Shown one piece after another: positions 31,801 through 57,631 of a DNA stretch of 64,000 nt. The notes below the pieces were generated by a model. It had not been told where the DNA came from, searched no databases, and worked only from the letters and a program-made list of their open reading frames with translations. The number at the start of each line of letters is the position of its first letter. Within the stretch, counting starts at the first letter, position 1. The DNA lies in NCBI RefSeq assembly GCF_009914755.1, contig NC_060931.1; one strand, written 5' to 3'. The position numbers and the translations under genes are program-made. This DNA is from the human T2T-CHM13v2.0 reference genome, Homo sapiens.

Positions 31801-32226
31801 CAATAGGAGTCCCACCGTTTGCTAAGTAGAAGTACAATGGACAATTCTACTTCCTTTATCTCATGAGTCCTCACCGCAACCCTGTGTATGTCGCCACTTT
31901 GCAGACAATTAAATGAAGACACAGAAAATTACCGAATTTGCCCAAGATTGCACAGCTTGGTAGAAACTCGAACCGTCTCCCTGCCGGCCCTCTCCACCAC
32001 CTGGTGGTTTTCAACAGTTGCACTGCTACACAGCAGTGCCTCCAACACTTCACCGGTGAACTGCCAAATGCCAATCCCTGTGTGACATGTCTTTTCGCTA
32101 AAACTGATCTCTCAAAAATACTGTTTCAGAGATGTCTGCCAGAAAGAATGGTGAGCTAAGCTGCTTGTGAGAAGTGGATTACAACTGGTTTCTAGTAAGA
32201 GGTGTGAGGAGAACAGTAAAATCAAA

Positions 32227-32615
<389 letters not shown>

Positions 32616-33539
32616 TCAGGCAAAAGCTGACACAGGTTGAAGATGACCAAGAAAACCGAGCAGTCACTATGTATACTTCATGGAACCTGTTAAGTTGTAG
32701 TAGTGACTAACTGAAGTACTACTGACTCATTCATGTGGTTTTGAGTCTCTAAATCCCTTCATGTTTTCTTCAAACAATGATAGTAATTTAAAAGTATCAG
32801 AACATGAAACACTTCTGTCTCCCTGCACCATTTAAAACTTTCCCTCAAAATCTAAACATCCAACTGTGTGCCAAGAATGATGGTGGATGCTTTATAAGAG
32901 TCTCCTTACTTATTCGTCATCACGAGCCACAGAGACAGAAAAATTATTGTCACCATGTTATAGCCTTTTATATGACCCTGAATTCCCTTTCCATCTATAT
33001 CCCTTCTCTTCTTCTCTTGAAGGTTGTGGCAGTTGCAGGGTGTGGGGCGGCGGGGGGCGGGTGCTGGTGTTGCTTAAAGAGTTACCTAGGGCAGATTCTG
33101 TCTCAGTAATTGAGAGCTAGCTTAGCACTTTGTGGATATGGTCCATGCCTATTTGATAAGTGAATAATGATGAATGGTTCTGGGGTCCATATGGGCAATG
33201 GGTTGCTTTTCAGAAAGGCATCTTCCTTATCACAGAGCCCCGCCAATTCATGTAAAATCAAATCAGGCCACCAACTGAACTACTCTCAGGGCCATCAACG
33301 ATAAAGTCTGGGATTTATTCCAGGTCCCTTAACAAAGCATTGCAAAGGACATCTCCAGATGCGCCCCCAGGGGTTATCATAACCTGCCCCCACCCCCAAG
33401 TCCATTAGGGGCTGCCCGGAGGCTGCAAACTGGGATTCAGCCTCTAATTTTCTCTCATATGCTTAATAAAAGTTATCCTACTGGAGACATTTTCTTTGAA
33501 TCCTCCTCATAGAAAAGCCCATTTCCTGCTAATCATGTT

Positions 33540-36500
33540 CACTTAAAGACTTCTAAGTGGAAAGACAGAAATAAACATATCCCAGTACATTAAGATAGCA
33601 ATCCTCCATGACCCAGTGGGCTTATTCCCAGGAATAATTTTTAAAATATATTGAAAAAGGAAGTAAGGGTTCTGGGTTAAGATGGTAATTGAATGTATAT
33701 TCAATTACCTCCCAAAACCCCACTAAAACTCCAGTAAAGAGATTTTCAAATCAAGAGATAAACCTACAAGGATGCAAAGACCAGGAAAGGAGACAATAGC
33801 AATAGTATTTTTGAGACAGGATGGCAGGCAGTCATGGGGTTACTGACTTACCAGCCCCGAGGAAAAAAACATCCCAAACTGGCAGTGGGGAAAACCAAGA
33901 GCCAACTTGATTTACATTGCAAGGCTCTCAGAAGGCACAGAAACTGGCATTCCAAGGTATCTCCAGAACTACGGGAAAGGTTGCTAAAGTAGGGACTGAG
34001 CTGAAATACAGTTAGGTCCCTAGACCTCTTCCCTAACTCCAAACCACTGGGCAACAGTCTTTCTCATATCGCAAGAGTCTGGAGGATTTTCCTCTGAGGA
34101 AGGTAAGATTGAAGGTATCTGGACTGGGGAAACTTCCGGCACAGTTGTGAACAGATAAGCCAGACTGAAAATGCTGAAAATGAGGGGATTAAGTGACCAA
34201 GTCATATTGAATGCTGAATACAGAAACCCTGAGCCTTCTCCCAGAACTGGTTCCCAAAGTCGTAGGAGCAGGACATTTGCTTCCAGGCTGGAGACTAGAA
34301 GATTCTATACTGGGGCATTTTACCAGCCTAAGAGGAAAGATCTAAAGATTCTGACATGGGGGTTCTCCAAAAACAACCTAGTTAGATCACCCTACTGTAG
34401 CAAACCCAACATGTGAGCTTGGAGTTTCCCACCAACCTCCTACCCCCATCCCTCAACCTTAATCATGACCAAAGATTACCAGACATGCAGGACATTTTCT
34501 AACACAGAAGTGAGAGACAAAACAATCAGAAAAAGTAACTTAGAGAAACAAGTTATACAAAGAGAAGAGGGCACCAATAAGATCATTGTTAATATCCTCA
34601 GAGATGTGAGAAGATACTGTATCTATGAAACAAGGATAAGATGCTATAGAAAGGAACGTTCAGAGAACAGTAACAGTCTTGGAAAATAAAATAATGACAG
34701 CATAAGCCAGGCACAGTGGCCCCATGCCTGTAATCCCAGCTACTCAGGAGGCTGAGACAGCAAGACGTCTTAAGCCCAGGAGTTCAAGACCAGCCTGGAC
34801 AACATAGCAAGACCATCTCAAAAAAAAAAAAAAAAAAAAAAAAAGATCATGACAGCAGAAATAAAAACCCTCAATAGAAAGATTAGAAGATAAAGTTGAT
34901 TAAATCTCCCGAGGAAGTAAAGTAAACATACTAAAAGATAGAAAATATAGGAGAGAAAAGATAAGAGCATTAAAAGATAATTCCAGGAATTCAGCATCAA
35001 CATAAATGTTCTAAAAAGAAAAAAAGGGCTAGGTGCAGTGGCTCATGTCTGTAATCCCAGAATTTTGGGGGACCGAGGCGGGAGGATCACTTGAGCCTGG
35101 GAGTTCAAAACCAGCCTGGGCAACATAGTGAGACCTGGTCTTTCTAAGAAATTTTTAAAAATTTGCCGGGCCTCGTGGCACATGCCTGTAATCCCAGCTA
35201 CTTGGAAGACTGAGGTGAGGATTAATTGAGTCTGGGAGGTGAAGGTTGTAGTGACCCATGATCACACCACTCCACTCTAGCCTAGGGGACAAAGGGAGAC
35301 CCTGCCAAAAAAAGAAAGAAAGAGGGAAGGAAGGAAGGAAGGAAGGAAGGAAGGAAGGAAGGAAGGAAGGAAGGAAGGAAGGAAGGAAGGAAAAAAAGAA
35401 ACAAAGAAACAAAGGAAAGAAAGAAAGAGTCCTGCATCAAGTTGATCATTGACACTTCGAATGCATTTGTGGCTCTGGGTTCCTCCCAGGGCTATTAAAA
35501 AAATGAAAAATGATGAAAGAAAACAAACTGAAAAAAATAAAGAACCAGAGGAAAATGGAAGAGAGAAAATAATCAATTATCGAATATGAAGAAATTTTCT
35601 AGAACAGAAGGACACAAGTTGCTAGACCATAAAATGGTCCACCAAGTCCCCAACACTGTAGATTAAAATAAACCCACACCAAGACAAATTAAAGAGAAGA
35701 GTCTAGAAATTTCCAGATAGAAAGACAAAAACATAACATACAAAGACTCAATTATCATAAATGTTTTGAATTTCTCAACAGCAACACTGGAAGTAAAAAG
35801 CAATACCTTCAAAATTTTGAAGAAAATGCTTTCAACTGAGAATTTATACCCATTCAAACTATTAATCAAGTAAGAAGTTAGAATACAGGTATTTACATTC
35901 TCAGATGTATGAAATTTCAAAAGGTTTGCCTCCCATGCACAGTACCTGAAAAAGCTACCGGAGAAAGTGCTCCACCAAAACCAGAGAGTCAAACAGGAAA
36001 GTAGAAAGCACAGGGTGCAAGAAATAGAGACCCGCCACAGGGTAGAAACAAAGGGAGGCCCTGGGAAGACACTGGAGGGGGATCCCAAGATAGCAGCTGT
36101 GCACCACATGCAAAGGGATCCCAGTTCAGATTGGAACAGTGTTACTAACTCAGGAGACAGGCACACTGGCAGCTATCACCACCAAGACCACTGCTGTCAG
36201 TGTACCATTTTTGGAACCTGACTCAGATCAGAATGTCTGGTGAGTCTGGCCCTGATACTGAATTGTACTAGCCTTAACTTGACCAAGTGCTATAGAGCTC
36301 ATGTTCTTGCCACACCCTGCTGCCTGATCAGGAAGTTTGCACTTGACCTGCCCATGAAAGAAGGAGATGGAAGTGAGCTCCCAGGCAGAAAGCACAGAGC
36401 AGCCAGCTGCCCCTGACCGTATTCCACCCAGATGTCCAAGGTCTGGCTGATGCTACAGCCCGGCCACATGCCCTCATTGCAAGGAGTCCTGTGCTTCCCA

Positions 36501-36790
36501 GGACTGTAGATTAAAATAATCCTGGGAGTCTTCATCTAGTATAAAATTGTCCTTTCCTTTCATATTAGGATTATGTTTGCTTCCCAATATTGTTTAGGAA
36601 TATACACATATATGGTAAAGACCATAGACAAAAGGAAGGGAAGGATTAACCTAAAAGTCAAGAGAGTCATTGCCTGGGGTAAAGAAGACAAGGAGGGAGT
36701 GGTTTTGACTCAGGAGGGGAACCCAAGGGGCTTCTAAGATACCAGTGATGTTTTATTTCTTAATCTATGAGACAGATACATGGATGTTCA
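33540..36790 (+). mobile_element. degraded old L1M fragments, interrupted by a FLAM (34705-34843) and an Alu with (GGAA)n (35027-35430)
   Basis: A-rich L1 ORF1-like and 3'-like segments; boundaries uncertain. Confidence 0.55.
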
Positions 36791-36792
36791 TT

Positions 36793-37131
36793 TCCCTCCC
36801 TCCCTCCCTTCTTTCCTTCCTTCTTTCCTTCCTTCCTTCTTTCCTTCCTTCCTTCTTTCCTTCCTTCCTTCTTTCCTTCCTTTCTTCTTTCTTTCTTTCT
36901 TTCTCTCTTTCTTTCTTCCTTTCTCTCTTTCTTTCTTCTTTTCCCTTCTCTCTTCCTTCCTTCCTCTCTTTCTTTCTTTTATTGAGACAGAGTCTTGCTC
37001 TGTCACCTAGGCTGGAAGGCAGTGGCACAATCACAGCTCACTGAAGCACCAACCTCCTGGGCTCATGCTGACCCTCCCACCTCAGCCTTGCAAAGTTCTG
37101 GAATCACAGTCATGAGCCACCAAGTCCAGCC
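36793..37131 (-). repeat. (CTTC)n/(CTTT)n tract forming the tail of a monomeric Alu (FRAM-like, 36983-37131)
   Basis: direct. Confidence 0.9.
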
Positions 37132-37159
37132 CATTTTCTTATCTTTTTTAAGCATACCC

Positions 37160-40988
<3,829 letters not shown>

Positions 40989-40990
40989 AG

Positions 40991-42071
<1,081 letters not shown>

Positions 42072-42195
42072 TTATTTCGTGAAACAGTTAGAAAACTATT
42101 AGAAAAAAATGTGATTAGATTAAAGCTAAATATCCCATATAACAAATATTCCATATAAATATTCCATATAAACAAAGTGCATTAAAGACAAATAA

Positions 42196-42533
<338 letters not shown>

Positions 42534-42707
42534 GAAAAGAACTTTTGTGAAGAAAACCATACAACTTTATTGAGAGAGATAAAAGAGGCTTCAATAAATG
42601 GAGAAACAACTCTTATTTATGGATAGAGGCCCTCAAAATTTTATAAAGTTATTCTCTCCAACTTGATTTCTATTTTTAGTACTATTTCAATTAAAATATC
42701 AATATAT

Positions 42708-43024
42708 GCCAGGAGCGGTGGCTCACACCTGTAATCGCAGCACTTTGGGAGGCCGAGGTAGGCGGATCACTTGAGGTCAGGAGTTGGAAACCAGCTTGGC
42801 CAACATCGTGAAACCCCATCTCCACTAAAAATACAAAATTTAGCCAGGCGTGGTGGCCTGTAATCTCTGTAATCCCAGCTACTCGGGAGGCTGAGGTAGG
42901 AGAATCACTTGAACCTGGGGGCAGAGGTTGTAGTGAGCCGAGATCGCACCACTGCACTCTGCACTCCAGCCTAGGTGACAGAGTGAGACTCCGTCTCAAA
43001 TAAAATAAAATAAGATAAAATAAA
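42708..43024 (+). mobile_element. AluS with small internal duplications
   Basis: Alu dimer. Confidence 0.9.
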
Positions 43025-43502
43025 TTATCAACATATTTTTAAAGTTTGAAATAATTATTTTAAAGCTCCTTGGTGAGAATAATGGGGGAAAATAAACCCT
43101 TTTGAAAAAGAAGAGTAGCAAGTGGGATGTATGGCAGAAACTTGCTCCTTTGGACGGTTTGTATATATTCATTTCGTTAAACTATACTTACAAAGCTACA
43201 ATGATTCTGTGATAAATGAACAAACAAACAAACAAAAACTGTGATGCTGGCATAAGAATCCAGGAAGGTCAAAGCAATGGGAAGCAGCACTAATCAAGTT
43301 CCCACCCCATTTCCCTGCTCTTCCCAGCAGAGTTGTCTGCATGTATTGTCTCCACATTCTCACCCCGTACTCCAGTCTGGCATCCATCTTACTGCTTTAC
43401 CGAATAGCTCTTGCCAAGTCATTCTGACTTTTAGGCTGCTGTGTCCAGTGGAGCTGGGTCTTCTTCCTTGACATTGTTGAAACAGTAGATCTCACTGATC
43501 AC

Positions 43503-44008
43503 TGTATTTGTCAAGGTTCTCTAGAGAAACAGAACCAAAAGGATATATGTAGGTATGTAGGAAGAGATTTATTATGACAGATTGGCTTATGCAATTAGGG
43601 AAGCTGAGAAGTCCCACAATCTGCTGTCTGTAGGCTGAAGGCCCAGGAAAGCTGGTGGTATAGTTCTAGTCCAAACCTGAAGGCTGAGAACTGGGGGAAC
43701 CAATGGTGTAAGTCCTGGTTCAAGCCTGGAGAAACAGGAGCACCAACATCCAAGGGTATGAGGAGATGGATGCCCAGCTCAAGCAGAGAGAAAATTCATC
43801 TTTCCTCTGACTTTTTGTTCTCTTCAACCTCTCAAACAATTGGATGATGGCTATTCCCATTGGTGAGGGTAAACTCTACTCAGTCTTCTGATTCAACTGC
43901 TAATCTCTTCCTGAAATACCCTCACAGACACACCCAGAAATAATATTTTACCAGCTATCTGGGCACCCTTGAGCCCAGTCAAGTTGATACATAAAATTAA
44001 CCATCACA
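43503..44008 (-). mobile_element. MLT2 (ERVL) solo LTR inside an L2 remnant
   Basis: GGTTCTCTAGAGAAACAGAACC..CCCAGTCAAGTTGATACATAAAATTAACCATCACA; ATCAC/ATCAT flanks. Confidence 0.85.
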
Positions 44009-44326
44009 ATCATTTACTCTTTCTTCTTGAAGACTCACTGTCTTGCCTTCAGAGACACTGCATTTTCTTGGCTCTCCTCCTTTGCTGCTCTGCCTCCTCC
44101 ATCTATAGTTTTCCCTAGGTAATCTCATCTATCTAGGAAATGCCAACTCCGACCTCTAAACCACAGACTAATCTTATCTAACCACCTACCTGACATCTCT
44201 ACCTGGCTATCTAAGAGATACTTCAAACTTGTCATGTTCAAAATAGAACTATTTTTTCTCAACCATTTCTTACCAAAACAACAACAGCAATAGTCAATCT
44301 CTCTACCAAAAGACATTTTCCTTTCA

Positions 44327-48383
<4,057 letters not shown>

Positions 48384-49158
48384 ATAGATTACATTGTAAT
48401 CACAATTTAAAGAGTGATATTTAGAATCAATACCAAACAAATCACCCAGGTGTATATCTCAACACCCTGAACAGCTCTGTCATCTAAGAGCCCTGTCATC
48501 TTTCTGGGTCCCAGACTCTGATCTCCCTCACCCCCTCCCAGTGGCCCTGGCTAACATCTTTCCAACAGCCACTTCCTCGTCTGGCCTCTCTGAGCTCAGC
48601 AGTTTGCACTCTCTCCCTCTTTCAACCACACTCTGAGGCTTTCTGTCCTTCTCTAGGGGCAGAGAGTGAGGCTACATTTTAGGGATACTCCTGCAGCTGA
48701 ATCCCTTCTGGGAGGGGACAGTGGACCAGTAACAGCACGGGACTCAGGCACCAACCACCTGAGAGTAGAGTTTGTTTTGAGTCTGGGAGTCAGAGCGAAG
48801 GGAAGGCAGAGGGGAAGGACCACGGCAGGGATGTCAAGAAAAGACAGGCCTGGAATGAGGACACGACAGGTCTGGAATGAGGGCACCTCAGCCCAGCTCT
48901 CTGGGGCTGCCCCCTCCCAGGCAGGCCAGAACACCTTTCCCAGCACCCACAGGGCCAGGTCCCGCTCTCTCCCAAGAGAAATGAAGAAAACTGGAGGTGA
49001 ACAAGAAGCAGAGTGGTGAGGGGGGCGGCTTGAGGAATAGAGCCTGGAACCCAGGAGCCCTCCTGGCTCTGGTCCCTGGCCTTCTCCCCTCCTGCCCTGT
49101 ATTCTAGGACTGGAGAATGGGAACAGGCCAGCAGAGGGGCCCTCCAGTGGGTACCTGA

Positions 49159-49517
<359 letters not shown>

Positions 49518-49689
49518 TAGGTAGGGCAAGGGTCAGGGAAGTCTGCTGCACACATTACTTTGTAATGACAAAAAACAAGTCTTTTCATCTTTGGATAAGG
49601 ATGACTGCTCCCAAGGCCTGCTTTGCTGGTCTCTATCTCCTTCTTTCTTCAGCCCTTAGGCTTAACTCAATCTTACTGTTTCCCAATGT

Positions 49690-49840
49690 AACAGATTTCT
49701 CATTTGCAAAATTGGGATAATAATTGTCTCTCCCTCCTAGAGTTACTGCCACCATTAAATGAATCAATATACACAGAGTGCTTTAAACAGTGCCCGGCAC
49801 ATAGAAATGCTGTCTGAGTGTTTGCTACTATTCTTACTAC
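49690..49840 (+). mobile_element. MIR
   Basis: TTTCTCATTTGCAAAATTGGGATAATAAT..GTGCCCGGCACATAG. Confidence 0.75.
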
Positions 49841-51062
49841 AGGACTAGGATTCCAAGGAGTGAAAGATGAAGCCGCTGGGTGCAGCGGAGGGGGTGGAGA
49901 AATCTGGGTCAGTGAACAGGAGAGACTGGTAGTGGGGGACACCAGGACAGGGCCGGGGGCAAGGAAGAGATGCAAGCGGCCAGGAGAGGAGTCTTACCAG
50001 TGGCTGGGCCACAAGGTGTACTCTCACCAGCAGGTAAAGAGGTGAGGGGGCTGGCAGCTGGGAGGAGCTATGCACCATCTGCAAGACTGATCTATTTTGT
50101 AGGGCAAAGTAGGCCCCAGGGCCGACTGTCCTTGTTCTCCTGTCACTGTGAAAAGGCACACAACTTGCCCACTTAGAGCAGAGTCCCCCACTCCTGCCCC
50201 TCCCACCCTGCCAAAGACCCCTGGACCACCCAAGCACAGGGTAAGGGGGATGGGGTGGTAGGTCAATGTCAGCACTGGGGGCTTGGATCCAAGCCCCTTC
50301 TCCTGCACCAACACCAAAGTAGGAACAAACCTCAGTGAGGCTTTGGCTTTTGACAGCCTGAAGGCTTTCCACAGGTGCCAGGCGAACTCAGCTGTTTCTT
50401 GCATCAGAAGAGTGGAGACCTCCTGCCTGTGACCCCCTCCCCTCCCAGGTCATGATCCCTCAGGTCCTCAGAGAACAGAGGAGCAGCTGAGGGGCCTGTG
50501 GCAGGGGGAGGACCACAACAAAGCCACCAGGTCAGCACCCACATAAGGCCTAGTCAGGGTGTCGATGCATAAAGGAAGACACCTTATGCTCCCTCTGGAG
50601 CCCCAGTACAGGCCCCCAGCTCACCTCTGCAGGCCTCTCCACTCCCTGCAGCCAAGAGCTGGGAAGGAACCTCATGGCAATCTCTGGCTCCTCCTCTCAG
50701 CCCTCCTCCCTGTCTCCTCTGAGATCTGAGGCCTTCGTGATGTAAGTGGCAGGACTGCTAAATGGCAATGTTGGTGCTGGGGCCACTTAACTCCCTGACC
50801 TGTGAGAGAGCCTGTCTGGGCAGGGAGGCTGGGGGCAGGGGCTGGTGGGGGACATGCTCTGTGCCTGGGGCTGCTGGGGGAGAAGAGAGGAGCCCTTCCG
50901 AAGCCCTCCATTCCTTTTCTCTCTCCCCTGGCCCCCCGGCCCTCTCCTGGGTATTGGGTGGGCTGCTGGATATCTGGAGTGCAGGCTATGCGTGCAAACA
51001 GCTTGTGGTCTGCATGTTTCTGCGCTCCCCACCCCACCACAAGCCGAGCCCTGATCATGTGG

Positions 51063-51076
51063 CCTGTAGGGGGCGC
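51063..51076 (+). promoter_or_regulatory. CTCF motif (forward)
   Basis: TGGCCTGTAGGGGGCGCTA versus consensus TGGCCACCAGGGGGCGCTA. Confidence 0.65.
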
Positions 51077-51723
51077 TAGTGGAACCCTTTCTGAGACCTG
51101 CCTAGGAATGAGGGCTTGGGTGAAGGGGACACACCCGAAATACTAGTGCCTCCAGCTATTGGGGCAGATTGCTCAAAACACACTTCCTGTTTTACAAGGT
51201 GTAATAAGTCATTCATCGAACTCCACCCCAAATTCTGAAATCCTAATAAAGTGTCTGGATCAGCCTTCCCTGGCAATGGAGAGAGCTGTGTTCCAGTTCT
51301 GCATTGGCACAGCTGCGAAGGCCGCTCCACCCTCCTTCTTCCAGGCGGGGTCACTGCTGGTTGATAGGCGAGTGAAGTCATGTCTTTGAGGGCCAAGGGC
51401 AGGAAAAGCTGGGAGGGCAGAGACCACAGAGACGCAGGGCTGGCAGAAGCATGGAAGGTGACGAGGAAGCCCAGCGGAGGAGTGCTCACTTCATCCCGGC
51501 GCCCTGAGCAAGGCCATTCCCGGCCCCCGAGGGACCAGACCCTGCCAGGGAAAGGAGAGTGGGCAGCAACTCCCCCCACCCCCCGCCAGGCCCTCACAGC
51601 CAGTGCCAGGGGGTGAAGCTGGTGGGGGGAAAGTGGAGAATGACATATTGTGGGAGCTCCAAAGACACAAATCATTGAACGAATGCAGAGGAGAAAGGGA
51701 CAGAAGTAGGCCCAGGTCCTCTA

Positions 51724-52300
<577 letters not shown>

Positions 52301-53089
52301 GACAGCAGGGTTGCACTGCCATCCCCACCCATGTCCCTGCACATATTCAGCTGCCTTGGTGACCTGCCTTGGCTTAAGGTGGCCCAGAAAGTTCCCCTGC
52401 CTTCTGGCCAGACAGATCTGAGTGGGTCCTTCTGGAATGCACAACAGGTGCGGAGTGGGGGCAGCATGGAGCAGCCTCTCATCTCACTCCCTCTCCACCG
52501 TCCCCCGCCTCATCCCCTGGTGCTGAGTGAGCCCTGGTGACAGGCAGGCTCAGAGAAGGGAGCCCAGGAAAGGGAGGATCAGGGGCAGCCCAGAACGGGG
52601 TTATCTTGATCCTTGGAGGTGGAGCTTCCGCTGAAAATCTGGTGGAAGTTCTGCTCCCTCTGCCAGAAAAATGGACAGACACACAATGTTGCAAATATGG
52701 CAGGGGAATCATAGATCCTCCAGAGCCCACTTGTCCCACAGCCCACAAAATCCTCTGTTTCCTTCTACTCTGATGGTGCCTGAGTGCCTCCTCCTCCACT
52801 CCCCATGCCAGGGCTCCTCTGCCTCAGGGAGCTTGTAGGCCAGACCAAGATGCAAACCCAAGGGAAGCAAGCCAAAGCAGAGGGTCCATGGGGGAGCTCC
52901 AGGAGGGAGGGGTTTATTTCCAATCTGGGAGGCAACCTAGAGATTGCAACAAGGCCACAGGCTTTGGAGTCACCTAGGCTTGTCATCTGTACTGTGGGGA
53001 TCCATGCTGCCCACAAGGATAGCATGAGATCATGGTAACGTGTTCAGAACTACTTCCTCTAGTTAGGGAAGAGGTCGCCATCCTAGCTA

Positions 53090-53540
53090 GGTGTGACCCC
53101 CACAAAGATGTCCATAATGCAGGACCTGTGAATGTGTTACCTTACATGCCAAAAGGAACTCTGCAGGTGTGATTAAGTTGAAGGTTTTGAGATGAGGAGA
53201 TTATCAGAGTTTATCAGGTGGGCCCAATATAACCACAAGGGTCTTTATAAGGGAGACAAGAGTGTCAGAGTCAGTGCAGGTGTGAAAATGGAAGCAGGGT
53301 AGAAAGACAGGGAAATTTAAAGATGTTATGTAGCTGGTTCTGAAGATGGAGGAAGGGACAGCCGCTAGAAGTCAGCAAAGGCAAGGAAATGGGTTCTCCC
53401 CTAGAGCCTCCAGGAGGAATGCAGCCCGGAGGACCCACTGTAGACTTCTGGCCTCCAGAACAGTAAGATTGTACATTTCTGTTGCTTTCAGCTGCTAAAT
53501 GTATAGTGATTTGTTACAGCAGCCAAAGGAAACTAATACA
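53090..53540 (+). mobile_element. MLT1 solo LTR
   Basis: CCTGTGAATGTGTTACCTTACATG..TTTGTTACAGCAGCC..GGAAACTAATACA. Confidence 0.82.
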
Positions 53541-54062
53541 CTGGGCCTTGTCAGGTAGAAGCCAGAGCCTGCTGTGGGGCAGCTGTGGGGCAGGAGGGAG
53601 GTCAGAGGGGAATTTTGCAGAAGGGCAGGGCAAGGGCTGAGCCTGCAATGAGAGGGAGGAGGGGCCAGGCCCTGAGTGCTCAGCCTATGACCTCAGCCTT
53701 GGCCAGCTGAAGCTGCCCTGGCACCCGGATGCCTGTCAGCCTGGGCTTATATGCCTGACTGGACCAGAAAGAGATCCCTGTGTAGCCAGTCCTGAGGCAA
53801 GGGTGGGGGTGTGACAAAGAAGTTTGATGCCAGAGAGGGAGTCCAATCAGCCCCAGGGCTGCAGAGCACACAAGGGGAGGGAGGAGGTTGGTGGGGCTGG
53901 CACGGGGCCCTGTCGCCCAGGGCCCCCTGCCAGCTCAGTCCTTCTCTACCTCTCTCCTACTGACAGGAAGAACCTCCACCCCACTCTTCTCTTTCCTTTC
54001 TCCATCCCCAGGCTATTCTGCCCTACCCCGGGAGAGTGGGAGGGGCAGGGACTTTGGGGCTA

Positions 54063-55115
<1,053 letters not shown>

Positions 55116-55129
55116 CAGGCTCTATGCAT

Positions 55130-56150
<1,021 letters not shown>

Positions 56151-56160
56151 TGGCAGGGAG

Positions 56161-56682
56161 TGTGATGTTAATTATATGTGTCAACTTGACTGGGCCACAG
56201 AGTGCCCAGGTATTTGTTTAAATATATTTCTGAGTGTGTCTGGGAGGGTGTTTCTGGATGAGATTTACATTTGAATCAGCTGATTGAATAAAGCAGACAC
56301 CCCTCCCCAATGTGGGTGGCCCTCATCCAATCCATTGAAGGCTTGAATAGAACAAAAAAGGCTGAGTAAGAGAAAATCTGCTCTTTCTGCCTGTCTTCAA
56401 GCCGGGACATCAGTCTTCTCCTGCCTTTGGACTCTGGACTTACACCATCAGCTCTACTGGTTCTCAGGCCTTTGGACTCGAACTGGAACTACACCATTGG
56501 CTCTCCTGGGTCTCCAGCTTGGCAACTGCAGGTCTTGGGACTTGTCAGCCTCCACAATGATGTGAGCCAATTCTTTATAACAGTCTGTCTCTCTCTCTGT
56601 CTCTCCACAAACACATGCATTTTTTTTTTAGAAAAATATTGTATGATTTGTTCTGTTTCTCTGGAGAACCCAGACTACTACA
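56161..56682 (+). mobile_element. MLT2 (ERVL) solo LTR with perfect 5-bp TSD GGGAG
   Basis: TGTGATG..TGTGTCAACTTGACTGGGCCAC ... CTGGAGAACCCAGACTACTACA; GGGAG at 56156-56160 and 56683-56687. Confidence 0.9.
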
Positions 56683-57617
56683 GGGAGTCCGAAATTCAGC
56701 ATTGGTTATGGTCAGTGTGAGATGTGGAGTAGGCAGGGAGAGGAGAGCTCAAGGGAGTAGAGAGTAGGTAATTGAACTGGATTTGAATCCTCCAAATCTG
56801 TCCCTTGACCTACTTGAAGTCGGTTTTCTCCTCTGCACAGTCCCTGGAATGGAATCCTTTCCTGCATCTCCTCTCCCCAGGTAGTCCTGGATTCCAGCTT
56901 TGTGTCCTCCTTGGCAAGCTCCCCTGTCCTGAAACTGCAGAGGGGCCACATGACCTCCACAGTCTGAACTGCTATTCCCTGTCCCTCTGTGGTCCTTTGC
57001 CAGGAGAAGCCCCCACCACGAGGTCAGGGGAGACCCTGAGCAGAGGAGTCTCCCCCCACCAGGCCAAGCAAGGAAAGAGCTCAGCTGGAAGGGGCTGGAT
57101 TCATTCTCGCCTCTCTCCAGCCACTCCTGCAGCTCCTGGCTTCCTCGCAAGCCTCTCCATCAGCGCCCTCACAGGGCTTGGACACTTCACAGCTGCTGGG
57201 AGAAAGAATGGAATGGACCCAAGGACATCCAGGCAGGCCCAGGCCCTACCTGCTGGCGACTCGGGCAAGTCACTTTCTCTCTCCGAGTCTCGTTGTCCCA
57301 TTCATCATAAAGGAACAGGCATTACTGCTATAGGGTTGCTGAGGATAAGATGCACCTTGTACAGCATAGTAATGAACGGCGGCAGAAAACAGGTCTTTTA
57401 GGCTCCTCTCCCCACCTAGCCAGCCTCTTTCCTTTCTCGGAGATGAGATTAGTTTACCCGCAAGCCCCGCCTGTCCTTTGGAAGCCAAATTTTACTACGG
57501 ATGCAGGCAACCAGGGAATGGTTGCCAAGGGCCGGACTTTGAAAGGAAGGGCTGCTTGTTGCCTAGGAAACTGCCCCACTCCGGGTTCCCTGGGGTCCCA
57601 ACGGTCGATGGGTCTTG

Positions 57618-57631
57618 GCGCCATCTGCCGG
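57618..57631 (-). promoter_or_regulatory. CTCF motif (reverse) in a locally CpG-enriched patch
   Basis: CCGGCAGATGGCGC on - strand fits CCRSYAGRKGGCRS. Confidence 0.6.

Noticed and set aside
30341-31806. 229-298 aa ORFs on both strands
   Set aside because: They run through CA/TC microsatellites and a CpG island, where stop codons are naturally scarce.
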